Assembly (NCBI GenBank): GCA_965216565.1
Contig: OZ244170.1
Coordinates: 1,216,001 to 1,280,000 of the forward strand
Direction of reading: 5' to 3'
Origin: Bythopirellula sp.
GTDB taxonomy: Bacteria > Planctomycetota > Planctomycetia > Pirellulales > Lacipirellulaceae
Length of the DNA: 64,000 nucleotides
In this document: piece by piece, positions 51,237 to 60,708 of the stretch
Numbering within the stretch: position 1 is the stretch's first letter
Layout of the letters: every line of letters begins with the position of its first letter
The notes under the pieces: model-generated
Databases searched by the model: none
What the model saw: the letters and a program-made list of their open reading frames with translations, nothing else
What the model was told of the DNA's origin: nothing
Translations under genes and position numbers: made by a program

Positions 51237-51300
51237 TTTTGCGAACTCCTAATTAGTTTCGACCAAGCATCTATTTAGACTATTTAGACTCTCCGCCAAT

Positions 51301-51783
51301 CTATTCGCTGCTAATTTCAAATACGAAGTGGTTGTCACCTTCAGGAGTCAGCTCCACAGTTTCTTCGCTCTTGACATTGTATTTGGCTGGGATCAACTCT
51401 TTTGCAACCGAACCAGCCGGCTTGCCCGATGCGTCTTTTAGAATTATGCGAGGTGCATCATCATCGACGGCAGTGATACTTATGTGGTAAGTCCCTGGCA
51501 AAAGGCCCTTTTCTCTTGGAATGGCATACTTGCCGTCCTTGATCATTGCCCCAGTGGCGGACTGTTTTACACCTTCGGTGGATGAGAGGCGAATTGTCCC
51601 GCGCTCAATGGGCACACCATCCAAAGAGACTTCGCCACTTATTCCCAGCAGTCCAGTGTCGGGACCGCAACCAGTTAGCAAGATTGCAGCGATAGTGATC
51701 CAGAGCCATCTTGTCGAAGCATGCGGAGAAGACCGGCCATCATTCGCACTGACGAATCTCTTATCCAGCTTTTGATGGTGCAT
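51301..51783 (-). CDS. Small lipoprotein, carboxypeptidase-regulatory-like fold (DUF1559-associated)
   Basis: Lipobox LLTGC, ISGEVSLDGVPI..GTI, GLLPGTY, IPAKYN. Confidence 0.78.
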   Translation of the reverse strand: MHHQKLDKRFVSANDGRSSPHASTRWLWITIAAILLTGCGPDTGLLGISGEVSLDGVPIERGTIRLSSTEGVKQSATGAMIKDGKYAIPREKGLLPGTYHISITAVDDDAPRIILKDASGKPAGSVAKELIPAKYNVKSEETVELTPEGDNHFVFEISSE

Positions 51784-52246
51784 TTCTTGGTTTCTCAGTT
51801 CTAAATGGGATGGCTGCCGGAGGTTGCCGCCGGAAGTTTTAAGTATCCCTATGGAAGTCTATGCTTAGGCAGCACCTCAGTCCTGCGAGCACTTATCTTA
51901 AACGATATTTATTATTCATGTCAACACTTTGTGGATTATCGGAGGAAGGTAGCCTTTTTATTCAAATTTGTGCCCTTATGGAGGGGTTGCCATCGATCTC
52001 AGTAAGTTTTTTGGATATTTTATTGCAATTATTTTACGTCGTGATATAAATAGTTTCAGTGGTCGTTTGGAGAGCTTGTTGCGCCTGCCATTCCTCTTAA
52101 ACGACTCTACTTGCGTAATTAAGCTGATTAGCAGATTTTCAAGCCCCTTTCAACAGTATAAGGCGTCAGTCGTGTTGTCGCTGCATTGCGGCATCGACAG
52201 CAAGTCTTTCAAGCTAGTCTCAGATTCAAGAAAGGAATTAGACCTG

Positions 52247-53155
52247 ATGAAATTACGTCTCGGTATTAGATCTCAAGACGTCTCGAAGAGATTTACGCGT
52301 TTTGCGTGCTTTGCTGTTGTTCTATTGCCCACGTCGTTTGTTCAAGCCCAGGGGACGCTCGCCTACTCGTTCGAGGCAGACCTTCAAGGCTTTGCCCCTA
52401 ATGGCGGGGGTGTAACCGTTACGCAGGATACCATTGGGGCGACTGACGGAACTCAGTCGTTGAAAATGGATATCGTTCAAGGGGCAACATTTGTGGGAGC
52501 ACTAACCGACGATCTGGATCCTAATATCTTTGGTGATCCTCCTGGGGTCGACTTGGTATTCTTGGATCTCACGATACAGCAGGCTTTCCCCAATGAGCCC
52601 GGAGACTTTGTCGATGCTGGAATTACAGTCTTTGGCATGAATCAAGATGGATCGCTAGAAGGTCTACAGGCACAGTTTCAAAACAATCAAGTCTCCCTTG
52701 GTGATCTAGAGGTGGGAACTCACCAGATTGTGTTTGAGCTAAGCTCCGCGGTTCATCCTCTCACGTTTGCTTCAGACCAGTCGTTCAACGACATTTTCGG
52801 AGTTCTTGGAAGCGGGGCTAACGATGTGATCCCAACTGGATTTCAGTTTTACATCAATAAGTCGAGCACCGCTCCGTGGACAGGGTACATCGACAATATC
52901 CGCTTTGGCCAAGCTATTCCCGGTGATTTTGACAACAACGGCAGTGTCGACGGCCTTGATTTTCTGTTTTGGCAGAGTGGTGGGACCGATCCACCTCTGG
53001 ATCCGAACGACTTGGCTTTGTGGGAAGCAAATTACGCAGGCGGAGGTAGTTTGTCTGGAGCAATTGCTGCAGTCCCCGAGCCAGGGCATGCAATGTTGAT
53101 CATGGCAGGATTGGGAAGCGCTCTGGCGGTACGTCGGAGAGCTTTACTTAAATAA
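52247..53155 (+). CDS. PEP-CTERM protein with carbohydrate-binding-like beta domain and dockerin-like module
   Basis: AAGGA RBS before ATG 52247, signal peptide, YSFE...YIDNIRF, GDFDNNGSVDGLDFLFWQ, VPEP. Confidence 0.82.
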   Translation: MKLRLGIRSQDVSKRFTRFACFAVVLLPTSFVQAQGTLAYSFEADLQGFAPNGGGVTVTQDTIGATDGTQSLKMDIVQGATFVGALTDDLDPNIFGDPPGVDLVFLDLTIQQAFPNEPGDFVDAGITVFGMNQDGSLEGLQAQFQNNQVSLGDLEVGTHQIVFELSSAVHPLTFASDQSFNDIFGVLGSGANDVIPTGFQFYINKSSTAPWTGYIDNIRFGQAIPGDFDNNGSVDGLDFLFWQSGGTDPPLDPNDLALWEANYAGGGSLSGAIAAVPEPGHAMLIMAGLGSALAVRRRALLK

Positions 53156-53248
53156 TCCCACTTTCAATGAAATCGTATTCGACTTGTACTTCGCATTCCA
53201 CTTTTGTTTCTTTTCTGTTTTCGTTGCTTTTGCAATAGAGGAGTTCTA

Positions 53249-53974
53249 ATGATGAGAGTTCTTAGTAGATGCCTTCTTGGCGCTGCAGCTGTGGCTGTAG
53301 TCTTGTTTAGTTGTGGTGAAGTTGAAGCCGCGCTTGCATACTCCTTCGAACCCGACCTGGAAGGGTTCGGACCAAATGGTGGCGGAATTTCTGTCACTCA
53401 AGACACAATTGGAGCGACGGACGGCTCCAATTCGATGAAGGTCGATATCGTAACTGGTCCGACCTTTGTTGGTGCTCTAACAGGAAATGTTTCCCCTGTG
53501 ATTGGCGATCCTCCTGGAATCGGAAGACTTCTCTTCGATATGACGATCGACGCAGGTGACGAGCACACAGGGGCTTTCGCTGTTGTCGGTGTCACCATTT
53601 TCGGCGCATCCCAACCCGATCCAAATGGAGTGTCAACCTTCGGTTTGCAAGCTCAGTTCGCTGACTTTGAGAATATCGGTGGCAAGGCTGCAGGAACTTA
53701 CACGGTTGCTATTGACCTCGACTCGGCTACGCATCCCACCACGTTCGCAACGGGCCAGTCGTTCAATGACATTTTTGGCACCCTTGGAAGCGGTCCGGAT
53801 GACGTGATCCCGACTGGCGTACAACTGTTCTTTAATCAGTCGGCAGATGCTCCTGTTACGGTATATATCGACAATATCCGTGCAGTGATTCCTGAACCGG
53901 CTACTGCTCTGTTGTTCGGATTTGGAGTAGTCGCAGCCGGCGTGGTGCGCCGCCGTACTCCTGCTTGTCAGTAA
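53249..53974 (+). CDS. PEP-CTERM protein, paralog of the upstream gene lacking the dockerin-like module
   Basis: GAGGAG RBS, signal peptide, YSFE...YIDNIR, IPEPATALLFGFGVVAAGVVRRR. Confidence 0.85.
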   Translation: MMRVLSRCLLGAAAVAVVLFSCGEVEAALAYSFEPDLEGFGPNGGGISVTQDTIGATDGSNSMKVDIVTGPTFVGALTGNVSPVIGDPPGIGRLLFDMTIDAGDEHTGAFAVVGVTIFGASQPDPNGVSTFGLQAQFADFENIGGKAAGTYTVAIDLDSATHPTTFATGQSFNDIFGTLGSGPDDVIPTGVQLFFNQSADAPVTVYIDNIRAVIPEPATALLFGFGVVAAGVVRRRTPACQ

Positions 53975-53996
53975 ACTGTAGAGAGTTGGGGCAGTT

Positions 53997-54049
53997 GGTA
54001 GTGTTGCGGCATTTGCACACGTGCACCTTGCCGCACGCTACCTTTTTTT
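53997..54049 (+). terminator. Rho-independent terminator
   Basis: GGTAGTGTTGCGGCA ... TGCCGCACGCTACC followed by T7. Confidence 0.75.
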
Positions 54050-54127
54050 ATGTCCCCTGCGATTGGGCCGTGTGCCAAGATCTATCGCTTTCTTCCGCAC
54101 CATCTGCGAACCGGGTCGAGTGAAAAT

Positions 54128-54889
54128 ATGCCACGATTTCAAGGGTATGCAGCCATAGTGACCGGGGCAACGAGCGGTATGGGGCGAGCAATTGCAGAGC
54201 AACTTGCCGAAGAACAGGCCATGCTAGTTCTGAGTGGCCGTAACGAGCACCGCGGACGAGAACTCCAAGAGAAGCTTCGCGAGTCCAACCCTAAAGTCGT
54301 GTTTCATGCGGGAGATGTCGCTGAAGAGGAGACCAACAGCCAGTTGGTTCATATTGCGATACAAGAATTCGGACGACTCGACCTATTGAGTACAAATGCT
54401 GGCACCCTTGGCCTAGGGTCTGTAACCGAAGTGACTCCCATGGTCTGGAGCGAGACGTTCTCTACCAACTTGTTTTCGGTGTTTTATCTCTGCCGTCTAG
54501 CGATCCCAGAGATGCTGAAGACTGGCGGAGGCAACATCGTAGTGAACGCATCCATCGCAGCTCAGATGAGTTTTCCGAACCACGCCGCGTATTGCAGCTC
54601 GAAGGCCGCATTAGTTGCCTTGGCCAAGCAAATGGCTGCTGAATACGGCCCTGAAATCCGCGTAAATGCAATCTGTCCTGGTCCGGTTGATACCCCCATG
54701 ATTTGGAATTCGGCACAGGCATTTGATGATCCCGATTCGGCCGTTGCATCCGCAGCCGATGCAACGGCCCTGAAAAGATTGGGAACAGTAAACGATATAG
54801 CAAGCCTGACTCTGTTCCTTGCTTCGCAGGAAAGCTCTTGGATCACTGGGGCGAGTATGACTATCGATGGCGGACTTACAATTTACTGA
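54128..54889 (+). CDS. SDR family NAD(P)-dependent oxidoreductase
   Basis: TGATSGMG, NAG, YCSSK (YxxxK), IRVNAICPG, IDGG. Confidence 0.92.
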   Translation: MPRFQGYAAIVTGATSGMGRAIAEQLAEEQAMLVLSGRNEHRGRELQEKLRESNPKVVFHAGDVAEEETNSQLVHIAIQEFGRLDLLSTNAGTLGLGSVTEVTPMVWSETFSTNLFSVFYLCRLAIPEMLKTGGGNIVVNASIAAQMSFPNHAAYCSSKAALVALAKQMAAEYGPEIRVNAICPGPVDTPMIWNSAQAFDDPDSAVASAADATALKRLGTVNDIASLTLFLASQESSWITGASMTIDGGLTIY

Positions 54890-54907
54890 ACGACAGTTTG
54901 CATTCTT

Positions 54908-56164
54908 ATGACTCTCCATTTTCGCCCTTGGCGATCACTACTGAAAACAACAGATACTAAACCTGGCAAGGGTTCTCGCGTAGCTAGCCTTCTTCAAAGG
55001 CAATCAAAATCTAGTGCTGGACCTCTTGCTGCCTATGTTGGCACATTTGGTTCCGGTCCTCTCGCTGAGCAGGCAACACAATCGAACCTTCCTTGCGGCA
55101 TACAAGTGTTTCATGCAGATCGCACCAGCGGCGAGTTATCGTCAGCTGGTGTGTTTGAAATGAGTACAAGTCCAAGCTTTCTGGTCACCAATAAGCATGG
55201 GACGCGTCTGTATTCTGCCAACGAGACGGATAGTCTTGGAAGTAGCGGAACAGGATCCGTTAGTGCATTCGCAATTGGGCGAGCTTACGGTGAACTTTCC
55301 TTACTCAATACGGTGTCATCAGGAGGAACTGGGCCAACGCATGTAAGCATACATCCGACAGGTCGGTTTTTGTTTGTTGCAAATTATTCTAATGGCTCTG
55401 TGGCTGTGATCAATATTATGCCGGATGGTTCGCTAGGAGAGATTTTGGATCTCAAGTACAACGAAGTAACGAGAGTGAATGGTGACAGCAACACAATTGC
55501 ATCTGCAGACTTCGAAAGTAACGAGACTTGTCGATCGCACGCGCATATGATTCAAGCAGACTCCACAGGCCGAGTTGTAATCCATGTTGACCTGGGGTCG
55601 GATAAATTGTTTACATGGAAATTCGATGAACAAACCGGATTGTTGACACCAAACGATCCTCCCTTTGTGTCTCTGCCGTCTGGAGTTTCACCAAGACATT
55701 TCTGCTTTCATCCGAATGGACATTGGCTCTATTCAATTCAGGAGGAAGCTTCTTCGGTGACTTTGTTCGAATACTGCACTCAAACAGGTGCGTTAGCAAT
55801 TCGCCAAACGAACTCTACTCTGCCTTCGGAGTACGTGGGTAGCAACTACTGCTCCTCAATTCTTGTTTCGGCTGACGGTAGATTTCTCTACGCGGGAAAC
55901 AGGCTGTACGATTCGATTGCCATTTTCGCAATCGGACAGAGAGGCGAACTCACACGAATTGGTGAAGAATGGGCGAGGGGGAACTATCCGCGTAGCTTCA
56001 ATTTCGATCCTACAGGCAAGTTTCTCTACTGTTGTAATCAGCGTAGCAACAATATTTCTCTGTTCTACGTAGATCGGAACTCTGGGAACCTGAGCTTCAG
56101 TGGCCATTACACCGCAGTAGAGAATCCGGCCGCTATCGAGTTTCTTGACTTATGTGAAGATTGA
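54908..56164 (+). CDS. Lactonase (6-phosphogluconolactonase/YbhE-type beta-propeller)
   Basis: AYVGT, SPSFL, LFVANY, HAH, DLGSD, PRH..FHPNG, YAGNR, YPRSF. Confidence 0.88.
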   Translation: MTLHFRPWRSLLKTTDTKPGKGSRVASLLQRQSKSSAGPLAAYVGTFGSGPLAEQATQSNLPCGIQVFHADRTSGELSSAGVFEMSTSPSFLVTNKHGTRLYSANETDSLGSSGTGSVSAFAIGRAYGELSLLNTVSSGGTGPTHVSIHPTGRFLFVANYSNGSVAVINIMPDGSLGEILDLKYNEVTRVNGDSNTIASADFESNETCRSHAHMIQADSTGRVVIHVDLGSDKLFTWKFDEQTGLLTPNDPPFVSLPSGVSPRHFCFHPNGHWLYSIQEEASSVTLFEYCTQTGALAIRQTNSTLPSEYVGSNYCSSILVSADGRFLYAGNRLYDSIAIFAIGQRGELTRIGEEWARGNYPRSFNFDPTGKFLYCCNQRSNNISLFYVDRNSGNLSFSGHYTAVENPAAIEFLDLCED

Positions 56165-56385
56165 GGACCACCGCTTTACGTTGACGGTTCTGGATTTATC
56201 GAGGTTTGCAACGATTGGAATCCTCCAGACTTCTGTTCTGCTGTCTTGTTACACGTGTGGTTATCCTTTCTGTTTGCGCTCGCTTCGTGCTGCCTGCATA
56301 TGTATAGACTTAGCCCACTAGTAATTCAATTTCGCAATTGCAAGAATGCATGACGGATCTGGCACCACGTCGAATGGAACCCAGT

Positions 56386-56913
56386 ATGAAACCCGAACCC
56401 CCTCAAAACCCAATCGGACCTTTCACTCCTGCTGTAGATTTCGGACCAGAATACCGAAGTCGATGTATCAACGACCTATCTGCCCTTCCAGGGCAACTGC
56501 GCGAAGCGGTAAGTGAGCTTTCGGGGCAGGAGCTCAACACGAAGTATCGCAATTGGACAATTCGACAAATAGTACACCACATTGCTGATAGTCACGTGAA
56601 TAGTTATGTGCGGTTCAAATGGGCACTTACCGAAGACTCACCCATTATCAAAGCCTATGATGAAGGCCTTTGGTCTCAGCTGACTGAGTCGGCAACGGGA
56701 GACATTGTTCCATCGCTGCAACTACTCGACGGACTCCACGCACGTTGGGTTCAGTTGCTCAACAGCATGAGCGACACAGATTTCGGCCGCACGTTCCTTC
56801 ATTCCGAATCTGGTGAGACCATAGCACTTAATTCTGCACTAGACTACTATCCATGGCACGGCAAGCACCACACAGGACAGATACTGTGGCTGCGTGAGGC
56901 TTACGGTCTCTAA
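56386..56913 (+). CDS. YfiT/BstA-like DinB-family thiol transferase / metal-dependent hydrolase
   Basis: WTIRQIVHHIADSH, RFKWALTE..P.IKAYDE..W, YPWHGKHH. Start uncertain (56338-56386). Confidence 0.85.
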   Translation: MKPEPPQNPIGPFTPAVDFGPEYRSRCINDLSALPGQLREAVSELSGQELNTKYRNWTIRQIVHHIADSHVNSYVRFKWALTEDSPIIKAYDEGLWSQLTESATGDIVPSLQLLDGLHARWVQLLNSMSDTDFGRTFLHSESGETIALNSALDYYPWHGKHHTGQILWLREAYGL

Positions 56914-57067
56914 CTAGTATCGGGTTGATACTGCGAACAGCTTGCTGAATGGTCGGTAGATCGAGTGGACTCTGCGACTGTATTCTTCTGGTCTTCGAAA
57001 AGAGAGGTCATCTCTCGGACTGGGCCAGCAAGGCAGAAGTGGCTACCTCAAGGAGAAATTCCTCTGC

Positions 57068-58069
57068 GTGTTTAGCCCGCTTGTCGATCGGATGCTAGAG
57101 GCTGCAAACCTAGAAGTGTTAGCCGTCACCGGTGCACAGGCTCCCGACTTTGCACCAGGGGTTATACTGAAAAGACTTGGCACTCGACACGACGAATGGT
57201 TGATGCCCGAGCAAATGGATGCTTCCGGTGAGATCCTCTTTTCGGGTGTTGGGAGAGGACAGGGCGTTGAAGCCCATCGTCATGGAAAGACAGTATGGAC
57301 GGCTGACGCGATGGGGGTCTTACGTGTCATTGCGAATAGGCTACCTGTTCCCTCATTTCGAAAGACTTGGATCAGTAGCATCGGTGGTGTACAGCGATTA
57401 GGCCCCAAACTGTATTTATGCGTTGCGGCGATGGACGGTCGCGATGTCCTTTTCGACGATCGCGTGGGGCTTTTCTTGGTACGCGACGGTCATCTCAACC
57501 TGATTATGCAAAATGCGAAGAGGGCACCTGCAGGGTCAAGTTCCAAGAATCTGATCAAGTCGATTGAGGGTATTATGACGTATCAGGGAGGGGCAGTCGT
57601 CTACACAGAAACCATCGACGCGGGGCAAATCGGTGGGGCGGTGTGGCGACTTACCGGCCAAGATTGGTCCATCCTAACGCACGACACGGCTACAGTAACC
57701 GGCTTGTCTAAGTTCCCTTCTTTTTCAAAGTGTGATATTCAGAGCACCAACTCCAAAGGGGACATTGTCCTCCGAGTACTAGGTCGAGAATCAGCCGAAT
57801 CGAACCAGCTGCCAGTAGGAGTTGTGACCTCCTCGGTCAAAGGAGTACTGAATACTATTGCCGCTACGGGTGACAATGCCGAGATTCCAGATGATCAAGA
57901 CGCGGTATTTGATGGGAACTTGAATCAGTACGATGCCGGCATCAATGATGCTGGCAACGTAGCGTTCTCAGGGTCTGCCGCAGATAAGGCAGGCATTCGG
58001 AAGCATACGAGTGAAAGCTTGCAGTTCCTCGGAGCAATCGAATCGCCGATCGATGTGTTCATTGACTGA
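57068..58069 (+). CDS. Hypothetical protein with NxxGxxAF-like repeats, possibly a truncated remnant
   Basis: VLAVTGAQAP, NSKGDIV, IAATGD, GINDAGNVAFSG. No signal peptide and a weak start. Confidence 0.45.
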   Translation: MFSPLVDRMLEAANLEVLAVTGAQAPDFAPGVILKRLGTRHDEWLMPEQMDASGEILFSGVGRGQGVEAHRHGKTVWTADAMGVLRVIANRLPVPSFRKTWISSIGGVQRLGPKLYLCVAAMDGRDVLFDDRVGLFLVRDGHLNLIMQNAKRAPAGSSSKNLIKSIEGIMTYQGGAVVYTETIDAGQIGGAVWRLTGQDWSILTHDTATVTGLSKFPSFSKCDIQSTNSKGDIVLRVLGRESAESNQLPVGVVTSSVKGVLNTIAATGDNAEIPDDQDAVFDGNLNQYDAGINDAGNVAFSGSAADKAGIRKHTSESLQFLGAIESPIDVFID

Positions 58070-58167
58070 ATTCCGGAGAACGGCAGTACGCGCCGGCAAT
58101 TCAGCCGGAGCACACACAAACCGCCGGATGCATTTCGCCCCTTATCTGTGGCTACTAGGCATTGAAG

Positions 58168-59403
58168 CTATTGCTCAGGTTGGATTTGTTCGGCCTTGGC
58201 CAGGGAAAACGCCTCACAGGCAAGCACTTCGACAAAGCCCTGACTGCTTTGTGGATTGAGACCATCGCTGGCTTCCATCGATGCATCTGCCGGGTTGTAG
58301 AGTGAGGCTGGGCAATCGGTCAGCGATTGGAAGTAAATGTTGCCGCGATACAGACCTGCTTTCACGGTGCCGGTGGCGTGTTTCGCTAAAAGGTCGATTC
58401 CGGCAAGCGCGGCCTGGGCTCCTGGATCATAAAGTCTTGCATCGTAGATCTGCTCCGCGACGAGTCGCGACATCTGATGAAACAGTCCGGTCGCGCGTCG
58501 ATCCATGGTTGCTTGATAAACAAACTGTAGGCACATACCCAATAACTCGAGCCCAGGGGCTTCATAGACACCGCGACTTTTGGTGCCAATGATGCGGTTC
58601 TCAAGCGCGTTACTCAGTCCGATACCGTTTCTACCGGCGATTTCGTTGGCCTGCATCATGGCTTCCAGTGGTGCGACGTCGATCCCATTGATCGAACTGC
58701 AGCGTCCTTGCTCGAATCGGATGGTCACGTCCTCGATGGAATCGGGAGCGTCGTGCGGCCAAACGCACATGGTGGGTTCAACAATTAAACAGGAAGTTTC
58801 TAGACTCTCCAAATCCTCGGCTTCGTGACTTAGCCCAGCGAGATTGGCATCCGTCGAGTAGCGTTTTTGCACTACCTCTGCTTCGATTCCCATATCGCGC
58901 AGGTAAGCCGCCATTTGTTTGCGTCCTGGGAATTCTTCCAGCAGAGTTGGATCTCGCCAGGGAGCATAAACTTTCATGTCCGGTGCCAGCACATTGCTGT
59001 AGCGCTCAAATCGAATCTGATCGTTACCGCGACCTGTCGCTCCATGGACGAGCACCGTGCAACCATGCTTGCGCATACTTTCGATCAAGCCCTTCACCGT
59101 AATCGCTCGCGCGATGCCGGTGGTATTCCAATAGCCACCGTCGTACTTCGCCTGCGAACGTAGCATCATGAAACAGGCTTCGGCCATTTCGGCTTTGAGG
59201 TCGACGATGATCGTCTCAGCGCCCGTTGGCTGCATCTTCTTTCGGACGTCTTCAATATCTTCTTCGTCAGGTTGTCCGAGATCTGCCGTAAAGCAGGTGA
59301 CATCACAACCGGCTTCCATAAGCCGCTTAGTCACCGCCTTGCTATCGAGTCCCCCTGAAACACAAATCCCGAGTTTGTGCCCTGTTAATTCACCTAGTCT
59401 CAT
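58168..59403 (-). CDS. argG: Argininosuccinate synthase
   Basis: SGGLDS, DLGQ, HGATGRGNDQIRFE, YSTDANL, ENRIIGTKSRGVYEAPG. Confidence 0.9.
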   Translation of the reverse strand: MRLGELTGHKLGICVSGGLDSKAVTKRLMEAGCDVTCFTADLGQPDEEDIEDVRKKMQPTGAETIIVDLKAEMAEACFMMLRSQAKYDGGYWNTTGIARAITVKGLIESMRKHGCTVLVHGATGRGNDQIRFERYSNVLAPDMKVYAPWRDPTLLEEFPGRKQMAAYLRDMGIEAEVVQKRYSTDANLAGLSHEAEDLESLETSCLIVEPTMCVWPHDAPDSIEDVTIRFEQGRCSSINGIDVAPLEAMMQANEIAGRNGIGLSNALENRIIGTKSRGVYEAPGLELLGMCLQFVYQATMDRRATGLFHQMSRLVAEQIYDARLYDPGAQAALAGIDLLAKHATGTVKAGLYRGNIYFQSLTDCPASLYNPADASMEASDGLNPQSSQGFVEVLACEAFSLAKAEQIQPEQ

Positions 59404-59458
59404 GGCTGCTTTCTAAGAATCAAAGAATACACGTTTTAAAAGATACTACGGCCAGCGC

Positions 59459-60655
59459 TCAGAGCGATTCAACGAACTCCGAATCGTGTGCCACATCCGC
59501 ACTATTGTAGCGTGTAGTGAGGCTTCGCATAACTCCATCAAAAACTGCCAAGCCCGTCGAAAGGACATCGTCGGGAAAGCTGTATTCAGGGTGATGCAGC
59601 CCCATGGCCGTTTCACCAATCCCCAAGCCGAAATGGAGCGTCGGGCAGACTCGCGAGAAATGCGAAAAATCTTCGGACCAACGAAAAGCAGATTGTAGTT
59701 CCTGATACTGGATGTGCAGTTCACCGCAACAGTGTTCGAGCAATTCCACTAGTGAAGGATCGTTTTGGCTGGCAGGAAACCACTCTGCTTTGGCAATTTC
59801 GAGGTCGAGTCCATCGCTTACCGCCGCGTTTCGCACTAACGTTTCGAGTTGCTCGAACAGCATATTGAGAGTCGCTGTGGAAGCCGAACGAAGTGTTGCC
59901 AACAAGGTGGCATTGCCGGGAGTCAATCCGAACGATTCGCCACCCATTTGCACATGAGTCACGGATGCCAGGCGATAGGGATCAGCCTCGACATCACTTA
60001 AACCAGGAATCGCGGTAAGCAGTTGTGCCAGAACATTTCGGGGAGACCTTGCTTCCTCCGGTTCTGCAGCATGAGAATCAATGCCGCGCAGTAAAATGCG
60101 CACTCCACCAGAAGCGCTGGCAAAGGTGCCCGGCCTGCAAACAATGGTATTGAGAGCGAAGCCAGGAAGGTTATGCAACGCTATCGCGTAGTCGGGCTGT
60201 ATGGATGGGAACTGGGGATCGTCGAGGATCCGCAATGCTCCCTCCCCAGTCTCCTCGGCGGGTTGAAAAAGTAATACCACTCGGCCTGAGGCTGGTCGCT
60301 TGCAATGGAGCAAAGGGGCTAACCCCGCCAAGATGGCCATGTGGCCATCGTGTCCGCAGCGATGAGAAGCTTGCTCCGCAAAAGTGGCGGTGCCTTCGGC
60401 GTTTGTTATTGACAGCGCATCCAACTCACTCCGGAACAACAGCGTGGGTCCCTCTTCGTTGCCTTCGAAAACCGCTGCAACCCCATGCCCGCCAAGATTG
60501 GTAAGCAGCGAGTCGGGAGCGTAAGCAAGCAGAAAGTTTGCAATAATCCGCGCGGTAACCACTTCTTGGCCGGCTGGCTCAGCGCACACATGCAAAGTAC
60601 TGCGGAGCGTTCTAAGAATCTCGAGAAGAATAGAATCATTAAGGACGGGCGTCAT
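59459..60655 (-). CDS. M20 family amidohydrolase
   Basis: RSELDAL, HRCGHDGH, FQPAEETGEG, LHN, SEDF, LHHPEY. Confidence 0.9.
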   Translation of the reverse strand: MTPVLNDSILLEILRTLRSTLHVCAEPAGQEVVTARIIANFLLAYAPDSLLTNLGGHGVAAVFEGNEEGPTLLFRSELDALSITNAEGTATFAEQASHRCGHDGHMAILAGLAPLLHCKRPASGRVVLLFQPAEETGEGALRILDDPQFPSIQPDYAIALHNLPGFALNTIVCRPGTFASASGGVRILLRGIDSHAAEPEEARSPRNVLAQLLTAIPGLSDVEADPYRLASVTHVQMGGESFGLTPGNATLLATLRSASTATLNMLFEQLETLVRNAAVSDGLDLEIAKAEWFPASQNDPSLVELLEHCCGELHIQYQELQSAFRWSEDFSHFSRVCPTLHFGLGIGETAMGLHHPEYSFPDDVLSTGLAVFDGVMRSLTTRYNSADVAHDSEFVESL

Positions 60656-60708
60656 ACCTTAATTATAGTTCTCTCTGGGGAAATTTCCGAGAATATACCC
60701 CTGCAAGT

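Noticed and set aside
51271..51290. 9-bp tandem duplication CTATTTAGA x2, a possible transposon excision footprint
   Set aside because: A single short duplication is expected by chance or slippage.
51968..52246. Long N-terminal extensions in the ORF track (also 2689, 3895, 12023, 30398, 46039, 53204, 54050)
   Set aside because: Downstream ATGs give better starts, based on RBS, signal-peptide position or where family motifs begin.
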